Made by a program: the position numbers and the translations under genes
Origin: Plasmodiophora brassicae
Lineage: Eukaryota
Length of the DNA: 64,000 nt
Assembly: GCA_036867785.1 (NCBI GenBank)
Contig: CP145414.1
Span: 186,001 to 250,000 of the forward strand
Direction of reading: 5' to 3'
Shown: positions 38,370 through 48,338 of the stretch, in pieces
How positions within the stretch are numbered: position 1 is the stretch's first letter
Layout: each line of letters starts with the position of its first letter
The notes under the pieces: model-generated
Seen by the model: only the letters and a program-made list of their open reading frames with translations
Databases searched by the model: none
What the model was told of the DNA's origin: nothing

Positions 38370-39277
38370 GTGCGTCTCCACCACACGATTGTTGAATACG
38401 GGCCCGATGCTGCACCTCCGCCACACACTGACAAGGTGGCGCGCGATCCAAATTCCGATCCGGGCCCCGATACCGACGACTACTTGGCACACGCGTCCTC
38501 ATTCTTCAAATGCCGTCACCGGGTTACCAACAGTTTGTCGGGCGAGGGCCCCACCAGCCCCGGACGGCGGAACGCAAGGCGCTGTGTGCCTGGTTTCCGA
38601 GCGTGTATGCTAGGTACTGCTCCTGTGTGCGTGTGTATCCGAAATCGACGACGCTCATTACTCCCGTCTTTCAGTATTTACACTTCAGGGCAGCGAGAGA
38701 TCAACGATCCGGTTAAGAACGCGATCCTACACCAGAGGATCCTGTCGGAAGGGCCTGTGCGGTTGGGTTTGCCCGCCGAAGACTGGACCTTGGAGGACAC
38801 TCGTCAGCGTATGTCGACCATGTAGAATTTCACGTTAGAGTCGTTCTAATTTGTCGAAGTCATCAAACAACATCGGAGGTCACTTCACCGGAAGTTGGGT
38901 CAAGTTCGTCGGCGAAACTCATCAGCTGCGGCGTCTGACCGTCCGCGGTGCAATGCTATTTTCAAAGATCTTTCACGTACGTCGAGCACTTTCGTCTCTG
39001 GGGACTAATTTGATAACGGTCTATTTGATGTGCAGTTGAAGATGATCACTTGTTCAACTTCTTGGCACAGATACGAAACGAGTTCGTCAATATGGCGGAA
39101 CAGCCCATTTTCGCCAGTGATTCCTTTCGTTCGGTATTTTCAGAGGCCATCAAGAGGGCGCTGCGAGACGCGGTACGTATTCGATGGTTCTGACGACCCC
39201 ATTATTTACAATGGATGCAGTCCCAGTATCAAGGGGCGCAGCAGCATGGCCAAAATCGTACGCAACGACAACGGTAA
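38370..39277 (+). CDS. Second multi-exon ORF of element B (function unknown); start uncertain
   Basis: ERKALCAWF, LHQRILSEGPVRLGLPAEDWT, VIKQHRR...GQV...NAIFKDL and FASDSFRSVFSEAI are homologous to element A ORF2. Confidence 0.7.
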
Positions 39278-40440
39278 CATCATATGTTGCATCATTGCTT
39301 TATGTATGAATTTAGGTGGAATTGCGGGCAGGCGCGTTGGAGGGTACGGCCGCTTTTGTTGGCGTCCAGTTGTATCATCTGACCAGAATTGCAGATTATA
39401 GAACACGAGGATGTACGAGGGCGGCGGATATGCAACGTACGAAACTTGTTCCACTTGCCGATTTTTACGGCACGTCGACGTCGCGGTCGGGTGGATCGGC
39501 GCCCATCAAGAAACAGTTACAATAAACCATTCGTTGATTCTATTCTGTTGTAGCGAGAATATCAAATACGATAGTGTCTCAATGCCTGGGGTACCATTCC
39601 ATTCTATTACTATACCGGTAGGGAGAGCAAAAAACCATACGATGTTTTTTGGAAGGACGTCCGTTGAGCGCATTTTTTGCAAAATCGGGTCCCGAAATCG
39701 GCACCAAATTGGCACTACCTAGTGCCAATTTGGTGTCGTCAAGTGCCAATAAAGGGCTGACGGGCTAATCCACGGGATGGCACTAATTTGGCACTTCTAT
39801 TTTTCCAGTGGAAGTGGATGATCGACGACGAAGGTCGTTCCTTAATGTACTTACATAATGAAATTTGAATTTTCATGGTACATTTCGCGTGTATTTACCA
39901 GTGTTGTACTATATATACTGAGGTTTGCCAAGAGCACCCGACCCTGAATAGTGTGTATCACACTAATTATGAACTAACACTAATTGCGCATACAGACTAA
40001 TTACGGTAATCACTGTAGCTGGATCACAGGCCATACTGTGCCTGTGTGGTATCATGCTAGTAGCCCATGACAGTGTCAACAGAGATGCCAGTGGGGAACA
40101 GCGGGTGATGTCATGCAGTGACGTCACCAGAGTCAGGCTGATGTAGGGAATGAGCCATATATAACCGGCCCATTTCTACACGCGGGATGCTTTCTGGGTT
40201 CTTCGCCGGACGGCCGCGCCGAGCTGCAGACGATGGATCCTGTAAGCTATCCTCCAAATGTTGGCACTGACAAGTAGGTGTACCTCTCGAGCTACCTTGC
40301 TGCGCTGCAGCGTTCGATGCTGAGGTGGCCGCCTCGTCGTCGCCAGCTAACGTCGGCTCCCGGTGATCCATTAATTTTTTACGGTTGATCCACAGATTTC
40401 TTCCGGATGATGCAAACATTTTTTCCGATTGATCCACTTA

Positions 40441-40567
40441 TCCACACCACTAAACCGAGTGGCGTGATCGGGCCCGTAACCTGCAAGGGGTTGCGCTCAA
40501 CGGGGTTGGTGGAGGGGGTTGCACCTAGGAGGGAGCGGGCGAAGCGCAGCGAGCCCCGAACGACTAG
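40441..40567 (+). mobile_element. 127-bp non-autonomous Helitron-type element
   Basis: 5' TC, 3' CTAG, GC-rich hairpin candidate near the 3' end. Inserted between A and T with no TSD; the empty site is visible in the partner TIR (~20651-20672). Confidence 0.85.
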
Positions 40568-40727
40568 TTTCTTCCTGTTGATGCAAAACTTTCTTCCGAG
40601 TGATCCAAGTGTTTCTTCCGAGTGATGCAAATATTTGTTTCCACCGTAAGTACCTATTGCGCTACGAAGGAGCCCAATTTGGTGCAGGCTGAGTCGCCAA
40701 CACGACTCAGTCGTGACACGGGAGCAG

Positions 40728-41667
40728 TCACCCTTGACCATTTCCCGGCGGACGATGTGGGCATGTTGCGACCATATGTCCGGGCTGCCGGCAATACATA
40801 CACAATCCTTGCCGTTTGCAGCGCTCGCGCTCCTCCGGCGTTAGCTTGGTCCGAGTGGTCGGCGAGGCATCCGTAGCGAGGAGTGCGTGTGCCGGGGTAT
40901 AGAGGGGGACCAGGCGCGCTGCCTCTTTGACCATGGCGTCGAATGTCGGCGGATTGAGCTTGAAGAGCTCGGTCGAAAGCTCTGGGGCGAGCGACTTGCG
41001 GAACTTTGTCGCCAGGCGCTTTGACGGGAGACTGTACTCGCCCTTCGAGCCCGACTGTACGGCGTTGTACAGGTACATGAACCGACGCAGATGAGCATCG
41101 AACGGTCCGGTTTGACGAAGGGCGTCGAACCGGGATTCGAGGGTCTCGACGTCCGGTTCTGGAAAATTAAACCGGAGCAGCGCGGCGAACGCTGCTGGAG
41201 AGGCGGCCGCATCCATTTGACGAAAAACGAAACGCGCTTCGCCCTTCAGGCAGCTAGCCAGGAGCGCGCGAGCACCCGCTGACAGTGGCTGGGTCGACGA
41301 GAGGTCGACGCGGGCAATACTACCTAGCGAATAGCGCCAGCCACTCGCTCGCCGGCAGGTCGTCGGAATTGCCGGAAAATTCGCTCAACGACACACTAGT
41401 CGTCGTGACAACAGGATCGTTGCTATGTGACGACGGCTCAGCAGATGTTGTCGAGGGATCGGTCATGGGCGTAGGCGGCGTAGAGTGTGGACTGGCGAGC
41501 GCGGTGGTAAAGATCTTCAGCTGCTCCTCAGCGCGAGCCCGCATTTCCGTGAAGAACGCATCTGTTGGATCTGGAAGGCCCGTAAGACACCCGCGAGGGC
41601 GCGATCGGCGGCGTCCACATCGGCCAGGGTCGTTGGGTCGATGGGAGAGGAAGGCGTCGTTGGGCAC
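40728..41667 (-). pseudogene. Ty3/Gypsy gag, broken frame
   Basis: EFSGNSDD...[12 protein letters not shown] and [29 protein letters not shown] motifs. Confidence 0.85.
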
Positions 41668-41676
41668 TTGGTTTCA

Positions 41677-42320
41677 TGGCACGGCCGCGACGGGTCGCGC
41701 AGCCGCGCAGTTTGAATAAACGTCCACGGCAACCGACGGCTTCGGCAGTCGGTTAATTCCGTGTTGTGGAGACAATAGTCGTCCGTCGTGTCGTCTCCTG
41801 ACATCTTAACCGACTTTAACCGTTCGTCACCGTCTGTCGTCGCATCGTCTGTCGCCGTCTGTCGTCACCGTCTGTCGCCGTCTGTCGTCACCGTCTGCCG
41901 TCACCGTCTGTCGTCGAGCCCGTCGAGCCGGAGCGCGTGACCGTCATCGATACGTACACGATCGGAGAACGAAGGGGGCGGACAGGCCGAAGGTAGACGA
42001 GAGACGATGCAACGACAGACGGTGACGACAGACGACGACAGACGATGCGACGACATGTACAGACGGTGACGACAGACGGCGACAGACGGTGACGACAGAC
42101 GGCGACAGACGGTGACGACAGACGGCGACAGACGGTGACGACAGACGGCGACAGACGATGCGACGACAGACGGTGACGAACGGTTAAGGTCGGTCAGGAG
42201 ACGACACGACGGACGACTATTGTCTCCACAACACGGAATTAACCGACTGCCGAAGCCGTCGGTTGCCGTGGACGTTTATTCAAACTGCGCGGCTGCGCGA
42301 CCCCCGTCGCGACCGTGCCA
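41677..42320. repeat. Large inverted repeat (about 240-bp arms) containing GACAGACG(G/T) minisatellites
   Basis: 41677-~41915 is the reverse complement of ~42060-42320 apart from small indels. Confidence 0.9.
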
Positions 42321-43060
42321 CAACACTGAAGGCCGGGTGGCCGGGAACGAGCGGCTGGAAACCTCGTTGAAATCGCTGAAGACCGACGCGAGGGGTCCCC
42401 TGCGGCTGTTGGAGGAAAAGGCCACGACGTTCGACGACGTGCGACACTACCAGCACCTGGCGAACGTCCGGCGCGGGGCGGCGGAAGAGTCCGGCAAATC
42501 TACCAAGAAAGACCCCGCCAAGGGCAAGAAGCGCCCACGTCAAGACGACCAGGACGGAGGGACCTGGGCCGCCGGAGGCCAGAAGCCTACGATCGAGGCG
42601 GATGACAAAAAGTCATTGTGCTGGCATTGTCGATGCCTCGAGGTCCAGATCCGTTAAGGAAGTGTGGGAGGACGCGAAGTCGAAGAAGACTAATAAACAG
42701 CGTGGCACATATACTGATGACTGAGATAACGGTACTCGCAACACGCACGCGGCGGTGCGCAAGTTACGACAAACTTGCAACGGGCATTGAGGCTGGAATA
42801 CCAGTTGGCGTCACCAACCAGATCAATGTCACGCTATCAGCGCTAGATGGGCCACAGCCAGCCGTACTAGACAGTGGGGCTGACAGGTCATTGGTACCGA
42901 TGGCAGTTGCCAAGGCGGTATGCGGAAGAAGTATCCCGCGTCGTCACAATAGTGTTCGGCAAGCAGTAGGACGGGCTCTTCAGAGCATTAAACGTTGGAA
43001 ATGGCGCCTGAGCGAGACGTGAAGACGTGATCTTGGAGACTGCGAGGTAGCGTTTCATGT
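42321..43060 (+). mobile_element. Degenerate LTR-retrotransposon gag/protease remnant
   Basis: LCWHC knuckle start and AVLDSGADRSLVP aspartic protease motif in broken frames. Confidence 0.6.
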
Positions 43061-43290
43061 GATATGCAACATTACCACTTCCAGTTCGTCCGAGGCGACC
43101 CTCTAACAGTAGTGGACAACGTGTCGTCGTTTTCGGGCACCCCTATTACGTTTTCCTACTTTATTTTACGTTTGGGTCGACGAATAATTTATTGGCGTAA
43201 AATACATTACGTTGCCGGGACCTACAATAGGTAGTCGTTCCCTACCAGCTCCTCAATGTTATACGTATGCAGAACAGAATAATTCCGTTA

Positions 43291-44498
43291 TCAAATGAAT
43301 TGCTGTAGTAGCCAATGCCGAACGAGGTAGAGATAGCCAGTGATGCATAGCAAGCCGAGAGGTAGCACAGTGAAGATGGCTTCGTCGAACGTGTACAGAC
43401 GGTCATTGCTCTTGCCATGGGCAGGCGACGCTAGGGCAGCTAGAATAGCTTGGCGAACGGTGCGCGACAGGCCTTCGACAGTATCTTGATCGGAGACAGC
43501 AATTGGAGACAGGGCTCTGACAGTAACGCATCCTGGTCGGGGCAGCCATCGACGGGGCGGCAGCAGCTGGTAGGCGTCCTCGATGATGACAGGCACAACG
43601 GGCATGCGAGTACGGATCGCCATGTGGAAGGGGCCTTTCTTGAACGATTGTAAGTGCCCGGTCAGGCTGCGGGTGCCTTCTGGTGCAATACCAATGGACG
43701 CCCCTGACCTAACCATCAACCGTGCGCCAGCCTTCAACGACTCGATAGCGTCCGTCCTAGATTGCCGATCAATCGGGATGTGCCCATACAGGGCGAACAG
43801 CCATCCGATGATCGGGACCATGAATAAGACCCTCTTGCCGATGAACCGTAACGGCACCGGTGAGATGGCGCCAAGGGCAATCGGGTCGAGCATGGACCCG
43901 TGCGAGAACATGAACAGGTACGGGCGGCATGGCAGTTTTTCCGTGCCAATGACGCGCACCTGTGGGCACACAGCACAGGTTTAGGCACGCGAAGGGAAGA
44001 TCGATGCCTCATGGACGCACCGACCTGCAATCCGAGGCATAAGGCTGCCCATCGGAAGAACTGTTGCTGCACGACCTCGGTCGGCATCTGCATGTCGTTC
44101 AGGCCGATACGGCGCAGGACAGGATTCAGCGGTAATAGCAATGCTACTAATCAGTCGATAATGCATCGTCAGTCCGCGACCTGTCCTAGCATGCAACATG
44201 ACGGTACCGTTAGGCACGTACCACAGAACAAGACGGGTACCGTGCATACGAAGATGCCGACGCAAATGAAGATGCGGCAAGCGACCATCAGCTTTTGCGC
44301 AATGCCCATTTCGACCCCGTGCAGGTGATGTCGCAGGTCGACACGATCGAGGGCCGGTGCAATGCGCTCACTGAGGTCGGGGCGATCCAGCAGCACGCTC
44401 TGTAGCTTGGCTGCGACGCGGATGCATTCTGACGGCGTCGTGGCATTGTCGGCATCGGCAAGCAGATCAGCGAGGTCGTCGGGCGCAACGGCGGCCAT
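43291..44498 (-). CDS. 1-acyl-sn-glycerol-3-phosphate acyltransferase (LPAAT/PlsC family), multi-exon
   Basis: SHGSMLD (HxxxxD), FIGKRVLF, HIPIDR, APEGTRS and FKKGPF motifs; hydrophobic segments. Start inferred. Confidence 0.9.
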
Positions 44499-44719
44499 AC
44501 GCGGCGGACGGCCGGATGTCACGAGTGACGTGGCGGCCAACGACCCGGACCTGACCGGGGACGGGCGCGGACTGCGCGCCCCTCACGATCCGGTCAGACG
44601 GCCTGCCTGCCGCACCAGAATAGTACCGGTACAGGTTACCTACAGTACATACCTATGCACATAGGTCGACGCGGCTCCGTGCCTCTGCGAGTGCGGCCGT
44701 GCACACATGGCAGGGGCCC

Positions 44720-45208
44720 AGGGGCGCTGCCCCAGTGGCCTAGCTGGTCAGGAGTACTAGCAACAGGTCAGCAAGCAGTCGCGGGACCGCAAGGTCCCCA
44801 GTTCGAGGCACGAACTCCCCCAAAAAAGTCCCGGTGACCAACAGCCGTAAATGTTGAAGGGGTGTTTACTGATCAGGCAGCCCAAAGTGCCAGAGCAATT
44901 AGGGGTCTCGCTTGAGCGTCTGGGAGGTAAAGGAACGGCCCGTAACAAGTGTATGTCGGCTCCCCGGCATAGGCGGTATGGCGAAAGAGGTCCGACAAGA
45001 GTGCAGTCGACAAGTCCGAGCGAATCACGTCCCGTTCCGATATCGTCCAAGGCGCGATGAACCCAGTACAAAGGTGACGGGCCGGCACTGCCAGGCCGGG
45101 GGATGTTGGCGTTCTGCTGCTGATCCTTCGATCCTCGGACTCGAGACCGAGGCGCCTGCGTGAAAAGAAAAAAGCGCGAAAAACAAATAAAACCAAACCA
45201 AACCAAAC
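44720..45208 (+). mobile_element. SINE with tRNA-like Pol III head, LINE-derived body and (AAACC)n tail
   Basis: 14-bp TSD CATGGCAGGGGCCC (44706-44719 and 45209-45222), box A TGGCCTAGCTGG, box B-like GTTCGA, 3' part homologous to ~13025-13404. Confidence 0.85.
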
Positions 45209-45308
45209 CATGGCAGGGGCCCGGCCTGACGCTCGCACCGCCCCGCAAATCCGGATCAAGCCTCGCCTCGATATCCACCACGACCTCAGGATACTCCAGT
45301 ACGTTCAT

Positions 45309-45983
45309 TTATAGCACCTCCGACACCGATGTCGTCGTGGCAGCTGACAGGACCACGACCCGTTCATCCTAGATACCATCACCAGTCGGTACGATATCGG
45401 CGTGACCCGACTCACACGCTCCGCCGACCTGCTTCGATCCAACCTGGACCTCCGACACGACTCCGTGTTCCGCAATGGCGTGTTCCAGCATCTGAACGGC
45501 CTTGCTGACGGCCAGAGCCGCCGGAGCGCTCAGCTGCTCGGGTGCCGCCGTGGCCGTCACCTCCTTCAGGGTATCGATGGCTTCGCGAACGGCGACGACC
45601 AGTGCGCAATGACCTGGACTGGGATGCGTTGCAACGGTCCTGACCACTGCCACAGTGTGCGATCAACGTCAGACGTGACCACAGGTGTGACTCGCATGCC
45701 TGGCCGTACCCGGCTGAACAGACTGTTCGGGGCCGTGCGCCTCCACTCTCATAGCGGCCTGCTTCTCGACCTCGTCCAATGTACTCTGATCGTTGGTAGT
45801 AAACTTTGATGTCGTAGCACGGCGCCTCGACTGGGCACGAATCGATGGCCGTGCCAATAGCGCCTGGTCGACGCTGATGCTGGGGTCCTGTGTCCCGTCC
45901 GAACTGGTGCCTGTCGGCACCGGATCGTTCATGGTCGTGATACTTGCCTTGGACGAACGCGGCGTGCTGCCAGGGAGCATCAT
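45309..45983 (-). CDS. Hypothetical protein, probably three exons
   Basis: Two short GT-AG introns join ORFs 45669-45983 and 45369-45653 and a short last exon in frame. No family recognised. Confidence 0.45.
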
Positions 45984-48338
45984 GGCCGGCGTTATATTGA
46001 TACGGGCTTGCAGATCGGAGACCAGCTTGGATGGCCGCCTGGCCCAGAATCCTCATCAGTTCAAGAATGTCAGACGAACGCGATTGTGACCACCCACTTC
46101 ATTAGACGAGAACTCGAGCTGGTATCGGTGGCCGCCGAGTCCTCCGACGCGCCTGAGGTGCCGGTGGCCGACAATGCAGATCGAAGCCGGGATGCGGATC
46201 CAGCGTCGCTAGACGATGAGGCCTGATACAAATCACGCAATGGTCAACCCGCGTGTCGTCGGCATGCAATGCGGGTATCGTACGGGAGCCGACAGGGATC
46301 CGGACACCTGCTCGACATCAACCGACATGGATACCCTATGAACGCGACCTGTCAGCTTGTCCTGCCATGTAGGCCGCGACGATACAAAATGGTTGCTGAC
46401 CTGGCCTTTGTGGCCGACTCCGTCGTCGTCGTCCTACACAAAGGGCGTGTTACTAGAAGTAGCATGTATCGACGCAGCGGGATAGGTCAACGAACACACC
46501 TGTTCCTCGGATCTGCCATCTTGAGCACCGACGTTGAGTTCGCCGGCTCGGTATCATCACTCGGCGCGGTGCTGGAACTGATTCATACGCCCAGTCAGCA
46601 CCCGATATCACCGGCGCAACGATGCGCGTACCTGGGTTCTGTCGTTCCTCTGTTGAAAGATGACGCCGCGGCCAGCACGCCACGTCGTCCGCCGTCGGGC
46701 GCCCCATTGTTGCTGTTCGACCTCGTGGACGACCTGCAAAGGTGTCAGTTGCGCGCGTCACCAGTGTGCCCCGTCATCCAACCTGTTGCTGTCCGTGTTG
46801 AACGACGCCGCCTTCGCCAGTACAGAGTTGGGCCGAAGTGCATCAGCTACAGGCGTTGTGGAATCCCTGCTTGTTATACGGAAGCCAACCCAAATCAGAA
46901 CAACCGGGCGCAACTTCGAGGCGTACCGTCGAACCTATTTGGCGCATCATCGTTGCCCGACGACGCCAAGCCAACGACGGTACCGCTCACTTTATGTCCT
47001 GCTCCAGATGGTGTCCTGGTATTGTGGGTGCGCCCCTATTCAGCATAAAACCAGGGTGCACAGCAGTACGAGTGGCACTGACGCCGGATCTGCCTTGCCG
47101 AACGGCAGCGTCTTGGCCGGCCCGGATTTCGACGACGACGCCGGAGTCGACAGCGCGTCCCTGCGGCGGTCACTGCATTGAGCCGTCGAAGCAAGCCCAC
47201 AATAATTGGCCGTCTCGGGGTCGTCTACCTGCCGGCATCATCGCTGGTTGCAGACGACTGCTTCGATAGGACCTTCTCTCGAGGGGTCTCGGCCGGCGAC
47301 AGCGTCGACGATCCGTCACTGTTTCGCGGGGCAGTTAGGATCAGACGGGTCCAGCACGGCAACGCTCGGAATCGACCGACTTTGACGCCGAGTGCTTCAT
47401 GGTGGGCGTCTTGGTGAAGCTCTACCAGGCAGGCACAGGATCATCATCATCAGATGGCAGGCCAGCATAGGGGAGATCGTACGAATGCTGCGCTCGCGTC
47501 ATGCGCCGGCCTGGGCGTCCTGGTGATGGGGCCCCCCGATCCACGAGCCGCCGTGCTGCCCACGTTGTCGTCGTCGTCGTCCGGCACCGCGTCCACGGTG
47601 ACGATCTTGGGTTTGCCGGTGAGCGTCGGCGCCGACGACGCAGCGGCAAGGCCGGCGAAGACGGCTCTGGCGGCACTGACGTTCGTGCGGGACGCGTCCT
47701 GGGCCTAGCCAGCGAGCCGGTCAGTCGAGCGCCTGCAACCGATCGGGCGCCTACTGGGCACGCACAGCGCCGCCGTCCACAGGATCCATGGTCACCCAGC
47801 AGCAGCGTGCAAGCGGGACCGGCTCAGGACATGAACGGGCCTACGAGTCGACGCCCAGTGCGTGTGAACAACAGCAGCCAATGTGGGGCGGGCAGCGAGC
47901 GCGACGACGAGCAGGGACGGGCGGCCCGGGGCGTGGGGGGTTGCGCGGCGCGCCCACAGCGGACTGCCCTGCCCTGACCCCGATCGGACGGACAACCATG
48001 ACGTGCGCGAATCGTTTTCAGCCCGTCCCGTGCGTGTCGGTCCACCACAACCTGGCCACCATGATTAGGGCAGGGGCTTTGGGTCGGGCGTGCCATCCCC
48101 AGCAGGCGCTTGCTTGAGGACGTCGCCGTGTGCCGACCCTCGCATGTGTCGCCGCCCTTGGTCCGTCAGCGGCATTGCCGGGCCGGTGCACCCGGCGTCG
48201 GCCAGTCCGCGTACCATACCGGGCCGCCTGACCGACTGCACTGCTGTCTGGCGGCGAGCAGCGTGCACTGTTGTGGCGGGCGGCGGACCGCGCAGGTCCC
48301 CCAACGCGGCCGCTAGTGCAGCAGCGCCGCCCCTCCGC

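Larger units (their letters stand above)
34373..39810 (+). mobile_element. CACTG (CMC/EnSpm-type) transposon B
   Basis: 32-bp TIR CACTGGAAAAATAGAAGTGCC(G/A)AATTAGTGCC, 3-bp TSD GAA, many AGTGCC subterminal repeats. Confidence 0.96.
33830..40015. mobile_element. Non-autonomous TA-target TIR element (Tc1/mariner superfamily, pogo-like CAGT ends), about 0.75 kb without its insert
   Basis: 26-bp TIR CAGTGATTACCGTAATTAGTCTGTAT, TA duplicated, TAATTAG(TG) subterminal repeats. Confidence 0.9.
22378..40180 (-). mobile_element. Full-length chromodomain-bearing Ty3/Gypsy LTR retrotransposon (interrupted)
   Basis: 205-bp TG...CA LTRs, CGCG TSD (22374-22377 and 40181-40184), purine tract GGAGAAAGGCAG before the 3' LTR, TGG-starting PBS candidate near 33774. 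Confidence 0.95.
33788..40180 (-). repeat. Gypsy 5' LTR, split at a TA by the 33830-40015 insertion
   Basis: 33788-33829 and 40016-40180 reassemble into a copy of 22378-22582. Confidence 0.93.
20745..40371 (-). pseudogene. Tc1-like transposase, split into 40371-40181 and 22377-20745
   Basis: Removing the Gypsy plus one CGCG restores KNPESIPR|LDPAIAC in frame. HTH SQRDIAAEVGCSQSTVSR, catalytic YFDE, LDNARIH and YSPFLNPCE. Probable frameshift near 20975. Confidence 0.9.
20578..40650 (-). mobile_element. Tc1/mariner (IS630-like) transposon, host of the nested insertions
   Basis: TIR CTTACGGTGGAAACAAATATTTGCATCACTCGGAAGAAACACTTGGATCACTCGGAAGA at 20578 and inverted ending at 40650; TA on both flanks. 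Confidence 0.95.

Noticed and set aside
24020-39810. Fanzor/TnpB nuclease cargo in the DNA transposons
   Set aside because: No RuvC or zinc-finger motif pattern seen in the ORF2s or elsewhere by eye; an HMM search would be needed to exclude it fully.
41677-42320. DIRS-type element inferred from inverted repeats
   Set aside because: No tyrosine recombinase seen; the adjacent gag is Ty3-like.
46269-47420. Possible gene upstream of the PPR gene
   Set aside because: Overlapping ORFs with no recognisable family, and I could not fix an exon structure.
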